Assembly: GCA_963809895.1 (NCBI GenBank)
Contig: CAWELD010000003.1
Span: forward strand, 928,001 to 992,000
Source of the DNA: an uncultured Gemmatimonadales bacterium
Lineage (GTDB): Bacteria; Gemmatimonadota; Gemmatimonadetes; Longimicrobiales; Gaopeijiaceae
Reading direction: 5' to 3'
DNA: 64,000 bases
Positions 1 through 8,773 of the stretch are shown here, piece after piece; within the stretch, counting starts at the first letter, position 1; each line of letters begins with the position of its first letter. The notes below the pieces were generated by a model that saw only the letters and a program-made list of their open reading frames with translations, ran no database searches and had not been told where the DNA came from. A program made the position numbers and the translations under genes.

Positions 1-1
1 G

Positions 2-1102
2 CACGACTTCAACAATCTCCTGACCGTCATCCGTTCTCAGGCCGACCTGATCCTTCTCGATCTGGAGGAGGGCGATACGCTTGCGGGAGAGATGGAGCTG
101 ATCCAATCCGCCGCCGACCGAGCGGCACAGCTCACGAGCCAACTCCTCTCGTTCAGCCGCGAGCAGGTGCTCCAGCCCGAGGTCGTGAGCCTGTGCGAGG
201 TCGTGCGGGACACGGCGGCACTACTGGATCGCGTCATCGGCGAAGATGTGCGCGTGGTCATCGACGCTCCGGGGGATCTGCCGGCGGTCCGCGTGGACCC
301 GGGGCAATTGGAGCAGGTCGTGCTGAACCTGGGGGTCAATGCCCGAGATGCGATGCCCGAGGGAGGGATCCTGAGGTTGTCGACCCGGAAGGAGGTGCTG
401 GATCCGCAGACCGCCCGGAAGCTGGGCCTCGAGGATCTGGCGGCGGGAACGTACACCGTGCTGGAGGTCGCGGACACCGGCTCCGGGATGGACGAGGAGA
501 CGCTGGCGCGTGCGTTCGAGCCGTTCTTCACGACGAAGCAACGCGGAAAGGGCACCGGATTGGGTCTCGCCATGGCGTACGGCTTCGTGAAGCAGAGCCG
601 AGGAAGCATCCAGGTAGAGAGCCGGCCCGGCGTGGGCACGACCTTCATCCTCTGGTTCCCATCCGTCGCGGAAGAGCCCTCCCCTCGTTCGGCCCCGGCC
701 CGCCCGACGGCGAGCAGGCACGCCGAGACGGGAACGCTCTTGCTCGTGGAGGACGACGACAGCGTGCGCAGAGCGATCGAACGAACCTTGTCTCGGGCGG
801 GATTCGATGTGCTCGCGGTACCCAACGCCGAGGCCGCGCGAGGGATTCTCGACCAACGCGAGGACCTCTTCCTTCTTCTGACGGATCTCGTGCTCCCCGG
901 TGGCAGCGGGTGGACGCTCGTGGACCATGCCAGGAAGACGCGCCCGGACCTGCCCGTCATGGTCATGTCGGGCTACGCCGAGGTGACCCCCGGCGACTCC
1001 CGAGATCTGCCGGCAGACATCCCGTTCATCCAGAAACCGTTCGCGATGGATCGCCTGGTCGAGGCGGTGCGCGGACTCCTCGTCGTTCCGCCGACCGGCT
1101 AG
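2..1102 (+). CDS. Hybrid sensor histidine kinase/response regulator, 5'-truncated by the window edge
   Basis: Frame from nt 2 reads HDFNNLLTVI (H-box), LNLGVNARDAM (N-box), DTGSGM, FEPFFTTK, GTGLGL, then a C-terminal receiver (LLLVEDD, LLLTDLVLPG, FIQKPF). Confidence 0.95.
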   Translation, partial: HDFNNLLTVIRSQADLILLDLEEGDTLAGEMELIQSAADRAAQLTSQLLSFSREQVLQPEVVSLCEVVRDTAALLDRVIGEDVRVVIDAPGDLPAVRVDPGQLEQVVLNLGVNARDAMPEGGILRLSTRKEVLDPQTARKLGLEDLAAGTYTVLEVADTGSGMDEETLARAFEPFFTTKQRGKGTGLGLAMAYGFVKQSRGSIQVESRPGVGTTFILWFPSVAEEPSPRSAPARPTASRHAETGTLLLVEDDDSVRRAIERTLSRAGFDVLAVPNAEAARGILDQREDLFLLLTDLVLPGGSGWTLVDHARKTRPDLPVMVMSGYAEVTPGDSRDLPADIPFIQKPFAMDRLVEAVRGLLVVPPTG

Positions 1103-4100
1103 TGGATCCCGGCCGCCGTGCTGGGCTCGGGCTCCCACCACATCAGGGGCGGAAGCTCCCGCTGACGGGGCCACACCTCGTTCAGGGTGTCCCCCTCGTA
1201 GAGCCGGCCGTTCTTCATGACGAAGTGCACGGTATTGGTGTTGTGGATGTCGTCCAGGGGATTCGCGTCCAGGACCACCAGGTCCGCCAGCTTGCCTGCC
1301 TCGAGCGAGCCCAGGTCCTGCTCCATACCGATGGCCCAGGCGCCTGAGAGCGTCGCGCTGCGGAGCACCTCCATGGGCGTCATTCCCCCCGTGGCCATCA
1401 TCCACATCTCCCAGTGCATGCCCAGCCCCTGGAGCTGGCCGTGGCTCCCGGTGCCGACGCGGCCCCCGGCGTCCACCACGTCCTTGGCGAACTTCGCGTG
1501 CAGCGGGAAGACGTACTCGTCGTCCATGAACCAGCCGCCGGGCCCGGGCGAGCCGCCGCTGCCGGTGCCGCGCCGGCGCGCCTTGGCATCGATGTCCTGA
1601 TGCGGCGTGAAGCGGCGCAGCTTGGCGTCGCCGTGCACGTCGGTGTTGGTGTAGAAGTAGTTCTCCCCGAAGGGTCCCCCGTAGGAGACGATGAGGGTGG
1701 GGGAGTTCACGGTCTGGGAGCGCGCCAGCAGCTCCACGGCGTCCTTGTACTTGGGCTCCACGGGCAGGGCGTGCTCGACGCCGGCGTAGCCGTCCAGGAT
1801 GTGGGTCATGTCGAGCTTGTAGTCCAACCCGCCCTCGGTGGTGGGCGAGAGCTCCAGCTCGTGGGCGGCCATGATCACCCACTGCCGCTGCTCACGGTTG
1901 CCCGTCATGTACATCTTGAGCGTCTTGGTGTCGTAGTGCTTGGCGTAGCGCTCCAGGACGTGTCGGGCATCGTCCAGGCTCGAGATCATCTCGCTGGAGA
2001 AGACGCCGGGGCCGGTGGAGTAGATGCGCGGGCCCACGATCTCGCCGCTCTCCACCTTGTCCTCGTAGGTGAGGACGTCGGTGGTCGAGGTCTGGGGATC
2101 CCGGGTCGTGGTGGTGCCGTAGGCGAGGGTGGCCAGGTACTGCCACACCGCCGAGCTGTGGATCTCCGGGATCAGCCACTGGGGATGGTAGTGGGTGTCC
2201 ACGAACCCGGGCACGATGGTCTTGCCGCTGACGTCGATCTCGCGAGCTCCCTCGGGGATGTCCACCGAGCCCCGGGCGCCCACGGCGGCGATGCGGTCGT
2301 CACGAATGACGATGTCGCCGTTGTCGATGACCTGGTCGCCGTTCATGGTGATGATGCGGGCGCCACGCAACACGGCCACCCCCGAGGGGATGTCGCGGGA
2401 CACCGAGATGGCGACGTCGTGGGATTCGCCCTCGAAGCGGGGTGGTTTGCCGGCTTCGTCCTCGTCCTCGCGGGCGGCAGAGACGCTGTCGTCGAAGGCC
2501 TGGGCACGATCCAGATCGTAGACGGTGTGCGTGTTGCCGATGGACCAGTGGGCGGTGCGGCCGTCGGCGCTCCAGGCCGGGAACTCGCCGCCCACCACCG
2601 AGAGCTGCCGGGCGGGAAAGGCGGCCTTGGTCGGATCGGCCAGGGAGATGGTGAGGGTGTCGCCCCCCATCATGGGCACGGTGATGGCGTAGAGCTCGTG
2701 GTCCAGCAGCACCAGCGCCTGATCCCCCTGAGGCGCCATCAGCACCTGATCGGCGCGCATGGGCTGGCGGCTACCGGGCACCGTCTTGCCCGTCACCTTC
2801 ACGATGCTACGCTCGTCGGTGCCGTCCCAGCGGAACGAGACCAGCCCGTCCTGGCCCGAGTAGGCGTAGATGCGGTCCGGATCCTGGGTGAAGTGGGGAT
2901 GCTCGCGTCCGGCGGCCGGCGCGATCACCTGCATGGCGCCCCCCGCGGCGGGCACCCACACGAACTCGGCGCCCGTCCCGCCCCCGAAGGATCCCAGCGC
3001 CTCGTGGAGCTGCCGCGCCGCCACCCGCACCGCGACGATGCGCCGGCCGTCCGGCGACCACGCGGGCTCGCGGTAGAGCGCGCCTTCCGGGGTGAGCCGC
3101 GTGGGGGCGCCGCTGCCGTTGGACGCCACCTTCCACAGGTAGCCGGCATCCTGATCTTCCCACGACACGAAGGCGATCTGACGACCGTCGGGCGACCAGG
3201 TCGGCTGGGCCTCGATGATGCCGTCGCCCGTGTCGGTCAAGCGCTGGGGTGTGCCGTCCGGGTAGTCCATGACGTAGAGCTTGTCCATGGCCGCGAAGGC
3301 CATGCGGCTGCCGTCGGGTGAGGGGACGGCGTCACGGATCTGGTGGGCCGTGAAGGTGGGCTCGGTGTCGACCCGGTACTCGAAGCGGGACAGCGGCCCC
3401 AACTCCACCGACACGTCGGCGCTGAAGGGGATCCTGGACGGGGCGCTCCCGTCTACCGGAATCTTCCAGATCTCACCGCCGTACGAGGCCACCACGCTCT
3501 GGCCGTCGGGGGTGAAGCTCATGCCCGGGAGCACGTCCATGGTGGACACCGACGCCTCCTGCTCGTCGCGCTGCACCGGATACGCCAGCCAACGCTCAGC
3601 GCCCGTCTCCTGGTTTCGGAGCAGCAGGCCCGTCTTCGTGTCCAGACGCGTGCCGTAGACCATCCACCGCCCGTCGGGCGAGAGGGTCGGCCGGAAGCCC
3701 GAGCCCACGCGGTTGCTCATGACCGTGCGCTTGCCGGTGCGCCGGTCGTACACCGCGAGCTGGTACTGCGGGAGAATGGCGTTGTACTGCCAGTTCCCCT
3801 GGCGCTCGGCGAACCAGATGTAGCGGGGATCGTCGCCGAAGGCCGCGCCCAGCGTCTTCAGGTTCTGGGGCTCCTTGATGAGCTGGGCCCCGCCGCCCCC
3901 GTCCCTGTGGAAGAGCCAGAGCTGCTCCACCCCGGTGCCCTTGGACACCACGATGTACTCGCCGTCGGGCGTCCACTCCGGCGAGATGTACTGGAAGTTC
4001 TTGCCCGTGGTCACCTGGGTCGTGTCGCTACCGTCCAACGCCATCGTCCACACGTTGTTGCCGCCGTCCCGGTCCGAGACGAACACCACCGAACGGCCGT

Positions 4101-4428
4101 CCGGACTGAAGCGCGGCTGCGCGTCGTACGCCATCCCCTCGGTCAACCGGGTCGCCGTGCCGCCGGCCATGGGCAGCGTGTAGAGGTCGCCCAGCAGGTC
4201 GAACACCAGCATCGAGCCGTCGGGCGACACGTCCAGCGACATCCACGTGCCCTGGTCCGTCTCGAACGAGATGGTCCGCCCCGGCGTCAGCGGCAGCCCC
4301 TTCCTGGCCTTGGTGCTGTCGTTGTTCGAAGGAGTGTCCTGAAGTGGTGCGGCGACGGCCCGGCAGGGAGCCAGGGCGAGCCCGAGGACGAAGGCCAGCG
4401 AAAGGGCGTGACGTACGGTGGTGCGCAT
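1099..4428 (-). CDS. Secreted PD40/TolB-like beta-propeller fused to a metal-dependent amidohydrolase domain
   Basis: Signal peptide from ATG 4428 with GGAG upstream; repeated SPDG/WSPDG motifs; IVPGFVDTHYH, GSHGQLQG, LGSLEAGKLADLVVLDANPL. Confidence 0.92.
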   Translation of the reverse strand: MRTTVRHALSLAFVLGLALAPCRAVAAPLQDTPSNNDSTKARKGLPLTPGRTISFETDQGTWMSLDVSPDGSMLVFDLLGDLYTLPMAGGTATRLTEGMAYDAQPRFSPDGRSVVFVSDRDGGNNVWTMALDGSDTTQVTTGKNFQYISPEWTPDGEYIVVSKGTGVEQLWLFHRDGGGGAQLIKEPQNLKTLGAAFGDDPRYIWFAERQGNWQYNAILPQYQLAVYDRRTGKRTVMSNRVGSGFRPTLSPDGRWMVYGTRLDTKTGLLLRNQETGAERWLAYPVQRDEQEASVSTMDVLPGMSFTPDGQSVVASYGGEIWKIPVDGSAPSRIPFSADVSVELGPLSRFEYRVDTEPTFTAHQIRDAVPSPDGSRMAFAAMDKLYVMDYPDGTPQRLTDTGDGIIEAQPTWSPDGRQIAFVSWEDQDAGYLWKVASNGSGAPTRLTPEGALYREPAWSPDGRRIVAVRVAARQLHEALGSFGGGTGAEFVWVPAAGGAMQVIAPAAGREHPHFTQDPDRIYAYSGQDGLVSFRWDGTDERSIVKVTGKTVPGSRQPMRADQVLMAPQGDQALVLLDHELYAITVPMMGGDTLTISLADPTKAAFPARQLSVVGGEFPAWSADGRTAHWSIGNTHTVYDLDRAQAFDDSVSAAREDEDEAGKPPRFEGESHDVAISVSRDIPSGVAVLRGARIITMNGDQVIDNGDIVIRDDRIAAVGARGSVDIPEGAREIDVSGKTIVPGFVDTHYHPQWLIPEIHSSAVWQYLATLAYGTTTTRDPQTSTTDVLTYEDKVESGEIVGPRIYSTGPGVFSSEMISSLDDARHVLERYAKHYDTKTLKMYMTGNREQRQWVIMAAHELELSPTTEGGLDYKLDMTHILDGYAGVEHALPVEPKYKDAVELLARSQTVNSPTLIVSYGGPFGENYFYTNTDVHGDAKLRRFTPHQDIDAKARRRGTGSGGSPGPGGWFMDDEYVFPLHAKFAKDVVDAGGRVGTGSHGQLQGLGMHWEMWMMATGGMTPMEVLRSATLSGAWAIGMEQDLGSLEAGKLADLVVLDANPLDDIHNTNTVHFVMKNGRLYEGDTLNEVWPRQRELPPLMWWEPEPSTAAGIH

Positions 4429-4671
4429 GGAGGGTCTCCCGAGAGGGTCAAGACATTGAACATCGGGGGGATGGCGGGCGGGAGGCAAACGGGCGGTCGC
4501 CGGGGTGGGTTGCGGGTTTGTTGTGGGGGGGGGTACTCTTGGAGGAGCACCTTACCCGTGACGGCCTTCGCCGTCGTCTGGGCGCGCCCTCGGACCGGGG
4601 CGCGGGCTCAATTGGACGTTGGGGCGCCTCGCCAGACCTCCCGAGATGTAGGGCGGGGCCGAGGAGGAAGT

Positions 4672-5451
4672 GTGATTCTGGTCCTCGCTCCCTGGGGAGT
4701 GAATCGGAGGATGCTCGACGGTGTACGCTGCGAGTTCGTGTTGGACCGTTCAGCGTTTGCCGCCCGCCTTCCGGCCGCGGACGCGGGGGTGATCATGTGC
4801 GATGAGGAGGCGGGTGCGGACATCGATGATTGGTTGCCTCGCCTCCGCGCCCATGCTCCTCTCACGCCGATCCTTTGTGTGGCGCCCCTTACCCATACCG
4901 TGGCGCGAGCTCTTGCTCGGTCGGGCATCGTTGAGGTCGTGTGGGAATCTGAGCCGCCGAGCACTCTCGCCCAACGACTCGCGGCTCTCGAGGCGGTGGG
5001 TCCCGAGCGACTGCTGAGGCGGCTCGGAGCCGGTGTGGAGCAGGCGCATCCGATCGTTCGGAAGGCCATACGGGAAATGTGCGACCTCGGCCGGCCGGTC
5101 GTGACATCCGTCAGACATCTCTGCGAGAATATCGCCGTTCCTGAGAGCACGTTCCGGGAGACATGGAGCCAGGAGCTACCGGGGTGCGCCCCAAGCCTCA
5201 TGGTTCGTTGGATCGTCCTCCTCCGCGCTCTCTCACTTCTGCCGGAGCACGGCAGCGCTCTTGCCGTGGCCACCCTCGTCGGCGTCCACGAGTCGACGCT
5301 CAACCGAAACGCGAAGCTGCTCGGTGGAGAAACCTTCCTCTCGCACCTCGACCCTCAGGTCGTCCGTCGGACGTTACGGAGGTTCTCCACCTTCGTCACC
5401 GAGGTCTTCCCAGAGGGCCCGGGCCCGGGTTGGAGAGAGAGAAAGTGGTGA
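4672..5451 (+). CDS. AraC-like transcriptional regulator with a degenerate receiver-like N-terminus
   Basis: GAGGAGG RBS before GTG 4672; two HTH-like segments in the C-terminal half (SVRHLCENIAVPESTFRETW and ALAVATLVGVHESTLNRNAKLLGG). Confidence 0.65.
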   Translation: MILVLAPWGVNRRMLDGVRCEFVLDRSAFAARLPAADAGVIMCDEEAGADIDDWLPRLRAHAPLTPILCVAPLTHTVARALARSGIVEVVWESEPPSTLAQRLAALEAVGPERLLRRLGAGVEQAHPIVRKAIREMCDLGRPVVTSVRHLCENIAVPESTFRETWSQELPGCAPSLMVRWIVLLRALSLLPEHGSALAVATLVGVHESTLNRNAKLLGGETFLSHLDPQVVRRTLRRFSTFVTEVFPEGPGPGWRERKW

Positions 5452-5605
5452 AATCGCCTGAATCTGGCGGAATCGCGATAGCGTACCGGCCCTGGAAGTC
5501 GTTTCATGAGAGAGAGACGAGCGTTCCTGATTCCCAGGCTCATTCGGCGACGAGCGAGCCCTGAGGGACGGGGGCTGACCAGGCGTATCGGCGCAAGGAG
5601 TTGGG

Positions 5606-6450
5606 ATGCGGACGTGGATTGTGGCTGCCCTCGTGGCCGGTCGGATGCGGCCCGGTGTCACTCGGACCCATTCAGCCTGACGCTCCTCTCATCCACGCCC
5701 GCGCCGCTGGCCCTTCCGCCTCTCCGCCTCGACTGGTGGGCTGATTCGACGTTCGTCGCCGTCACCCAGGACACACGCGAAGCCGTGACGATCGTCGGGA
5801 ATGTCTTGGGCCCGCGAATCAGTGGCTTGGCCGTCCTCCAGGACGCCACGGCCGGGTCGGGTGGAATTCTGATGGCTACCGAGCGGGATGTGCTCGTGGC
5901 ATTCAGATCCACCGGGTCCTTCAACGAGCCGCAACTCGTGCTGTCGAGCGCTGAGTGGATCAACGGCGTGGCGGCAGCGCGCGACGGACGGCTTTGGGTG
6001 GAGTCGAAGACCGGAGACTCCCTCCACGTTCGACAATACTCGCTACAAGGGCGAGCGGCGTCCCTGGATGGCGAGTGGGTCGTCGGTTCGGGTTCAATGA
6101 CCGTGCCCTTCGCTGAGGGGGCAGTTGGGATTCGTCGGCGATCACCCTTCGGGATGGCACGGCTGGAGGATGGTGGGGCGACACGCGTGCCAATCGAGAT
6201 GGCCGTGGACAGCACCTACGTCCTCGCCGCAGCGGTCCCGGTGGGCTGCGGAAGGATCCTGGCGACCTTCGTGGACCTCGCCTCCACGGCTCGAGCGATA
6301 CGGATTCTGGCGCCCGAAGACGGCGCTGTCCTCCGGTCGGCCGAACTCGATGAGACGATGAGCTTCTTCGCGGCGGATACCCTCTCACGGAGGGTGTTCG
6401 CGTTCAGGGGTCTGGCCCGGGGGGGAGAGATCCTGACGTATCGGTACTGA
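5606..6450 (+). CDS. Hypothetical exported beta-rich (propeller-like) protein, probably with a 1-nt frameshift near 5640
   Basis: AAGGAG-N5-ATG 5606 opens MRTWIVAALVAG (signal-like) in a different frame from ORF 5506..6450; the long ORF is beta-strand rich and ends GEILTYRY. Confidence 0.5.
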
Positions 6451-6501
6451 GGTGGCACGTCGGTCGCCTCAGAGATAGAGTCTCACAGATGGAGGAGAAC
6501 C

Positions 6502-6927
6502 ATGCGGATCTCGACAATCCTGGGAAGCATCTTGGTCGCGCTGTTGCTGGTGGCAGCCCCGAAGAGGGCTTCCGCGCAGGGAGAGGTGACTTACTACTGC
6601 ATGGGATGCTACAACATCAGCGGCACAAACGACCAAGGCTGCACCAACGAAGACCCGCCCACCGGAATCCACGAACAGTGTATCCTACAGAACTACCAGG
6701 GCTCGGTGGTTTGTAGTTGGGAGGGCCCCAGCACGCTCTGCCCCGAGTACGCCTTTGCCACCTTTGATGATGGGAAGAACCTATCGGCGGCAGGTACATT
6801 CGTTCCGCTCGTCAACCGGCTTGCCGTAGACGGTGACATCGTTAGGAACATGTGCACAGGATTCGTGGTGCGGCCCGCCAAGGTGGACAAAGGACCACCA
6901 ACCCGTATCAGGTTCGATATTCCATAA
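6502..6927 (+). CDS. Secreted Cys-rich small protein / peptide precursor (141 aa)
   Basis: GGAGGA RBS; Sec signal ending ASA-Q; six Cys in about 50 aa plus one in the C-terminal part; a paralog remnant at 8473-8717 supports coding status. Confidence 0.85.
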   Translation: MRISTILGSILVALLLVAAPKRASAQGEVTYYCMGCYNISGTNDQGCTNEDPPTGIHEQCILQNYQGSVVCSWEGPSTLCPEYAFATFDDGKNLSAAGTFVPLVNRLAVDGDIVRNMCTGFVVRPAKVDKGPPTRIRFDIP

Positions 6928-7001
6928 GATTGTCTCCCCCCGGGCCACACCGGCGGAGCCGCCGTGGAGCCTCCCAACTTGGTCTCGACATCAAGGAAGC
7001 C

Positions 7002-8102
7002 ATGTGCGACGGTACACGCATCACGCACCGGAGTCTCACACTTCTACTACTCCTTCCCGCGACCCTTCTCGGGCAAACTCGGGCGCCAAGACTCGTCTGG
7101 GAGATCGGAGCCGTTTCCGGGGCCCGACACGAGACGTGGGGGCGGGTCATTTCCGCTGCTGTGAACGGAGCGTGGGTGGCAGCGTATGACATTGACGCGT
7201 CTCGCGTAACCGTGATCGGAAGCGACGGTGAGTACCTTCGCTCGATTGGGCGGCCGGGGCAGGGTCCGGGAGACCTCAGCGGCCATGTGTCTCTAAGCCT
7301 CAAGGGGGATACCCTGATCGCCGTCCAGGGGGAGCAGGATCGCGTGAGTGAATTCCTGCTGTCCTCCGGTGCCTTCTTGGGGTCGCAGCGCATTGAGACG
7401 GAAGGCAGGCTGGGAGTGCGCGCTTCGCGAAAAGTCGGCGATACCCGCTACTACCTTACTCGTCCGATTGGCGCCGGCGACCTTGTGGCGCGTCTGTACC
7501 GAATTCGGGACGGGGAGGCACGACCGGATACCTTTCTCACGGTTAGGAGCCTCTACCTCACATTTCGGTCCAAGCGACAACGGAACATCGAGATGTTGGT
7601 TCCGATGGCCCAAACGGGGCCCGCCGGAGTGGTCCGATTCCTCGGCGACTCGTCCGTCGTGATCGTGGATGGCCTAGGGGGTACGCTAACCGTCGCCCGA
7701 CTCGCAGAATCGGACCTCGACACGATCTCCCAGATAGAGCTTCCGGAGAAGGGAGGTCCGACGACGGAGGACGACGAGCGCCAGTTGCGCGACTACGTGG
7801 AACAGTGGCATGAGACCATGCATTGGGACGAGCTCTACGTGCCGGCAGTCACCTCAGCCTGGGTTGCCATGGTCTTGGACGGTGATTCTGCCGTGTGGGT
7901 CAAGCGGTATGGGCTACTCGATGACGTCCCTGAAACCTGGATCCGGATGCGCTTTGACCAGCCGGGCGTGTTCCAGCGCTTTACCTTTCCAGCCGGGGTG
8001 GCCGTGATGAACGTGCACGCCAACCAAGTGGTCGCGGTGCGAAAGGGCGAGTACGATGAGGACTACCTGCAGCTCTATCAGGTGGAGCCCTGGGGCCGGT
8101 GA
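7002..8102 (+). CDS. Exported 6-bladed beta-propeller protein (paralog A)
   Basis: AAGGA upstream of ATG 7002; signal ending LLG-Q; YLRSIGRPGQGPGDL motif typical of NHL-like/DUF5128-type propellers; C-terminus VRKGEYDEDYLQLYQV. Confidence 0.8.
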   Translation: MCDGTRITHRSLTLLLLLPATLLGQTRAPRLVWEIGAVSGARHETWGRVISAAVNGAWVAAYDIDASRVTVIGSDGEYLRSIGRPGQGPGDLSGHVSLSLKGDTLIAVQGEQDRVSEFLLSSGAFLGSQRIETEGRLGVRASRKVGDTRYYLTRPIGAGDLVARLYRIRDGEARPDTFLTVRSLYLTFRSKRQRNIEMLVPMAQTGPAGVVRFLGDSSVVIVDGLGGTLTVARLAESDLDTISQIELPEKGGPTTEDDERQLRDYVEQWHETMHWDELYVPAVTSAWVAMVLDGDSAVWVKRYGLLDDVPETWIRMRFDQPGVFQRFTFPAGVAVMNVHANQVVAVRKGEYDEDYLQLYQVEPWGR

Positions 8103-8474
8103 AGCTCCTCACCGTCATGGCCCTCATCCAGGGATTGGCGAGCGCACCCGCCGCTGTCCATTCGACAACCTCAGTCGCAGATGCCGTGGCTCGAGTCATC
8201 GGCGATTTTCATCGAGTCGAGCTAGGGCAATTCGCGGCGACGGTTCCGGGCGATAGCCTGAAGTCTTGGAGGACGCGCCTCGGCTCGGATGGACCTCTGC
8301 ATGACGCGGACTCGGCGACCCTGCGCTGGGTACTCGACGCTGCCTTGGTTCGTGCCGAATGTGAGGCCGGGCTAGGAGCCGCGACGTGTGATGCCGCCCG
8401 AATTCTCGAGGCCACCGGTCTTGAGATGAAGTCTCCGGAGTTGCGGGCCATCGCGGCTGCCATGCTGGACGCGT
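8070..8474 (+). repeat. Direct repeat copy 1 (405 bp; copy 2 at 9842-10246)
   Basis: Manual alignment at constant offset 1772 with about 11 substitutions and no indels; covers the propeller 3' end and peptidase 5' part. Confidence 0.95.
8099..8474 (+). pseudogene. Truncated 5' copy of the DUF885-like peptidase gene
   Basis: First 125 codons nearly identical to 9871..11055; homology stops after AAAMLDA, before any catalytic motif. Confidence 0.85.
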
Positions 8475-8717
8475 CAACGTTGACGGTACAATATTCTGCC
8501 AACAGTCCGGGACTGGCAGCATCTGCCCGGAGTTCTCCTTCGCTTCACTGGATGATGGTAAGAACGTGACGGCGGCAGGTACCTTCGTCCCCCTCGTCCA
8601 CCGGCTCTTCCTTGATGAGGATCTAGCCTAGTCAGAAACAACTGTACCGGGTTTGTGGTGGCATCAACCAAGGCCGACGACGGACCTCCGCTCCGAATCA
8701 CCTTCGATAACCGTTAG
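8473..8717 (+). pseudogene. 5'-truncated, frameshifted paralog of the Cys-rich peptide gene
   Basis: Reads VNVDGTIFCQQSGTGSICPEFSFASLDDGKNVTAAGTFVPLVHRLFLDEDL, then a 5-nt insertion, then VRNNCTGFVVASTKADDGPPLRITFDNR-stop; colinear with the C-terminal 80 aa of 6502..6927. Confidence 0.9.
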
Positions 8718-8773
8718 GACCTCCCCCCGGGCCGCATCTCTTGGATGCCAGCTCTTTCGCCTTGAGGGCACAC

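Noticed and set aside
4464..4533. G-rich tract with a G9 run in the divergent intergenic region (G-quadruplex or phase-variable tract)
   Set aside because: Cannot be distinguished from background composition, and homopolymer lengths are unreliable in this assembly.
3343..4671. N-terminal 443 codons of the 702-aa ORF
   Set aside because: Mostly antisense to the amidohydrolase gene; a strong RBS supports a start at 4672.
6502..6927. Classical RiPP (ranthipeptide/lanthipeptide) precursor
   Set aside because: It has a Sec signal rather than a leader, and no radical SAM, Lan, YcaO or peptidase-transporter gene lies nearby.
8099..8569. 156-aa ORF as a functional gene
   Set aside because: It is the peptidase 5' fragment running out of frame into the peptide remnant and lacks catalytic motifs.
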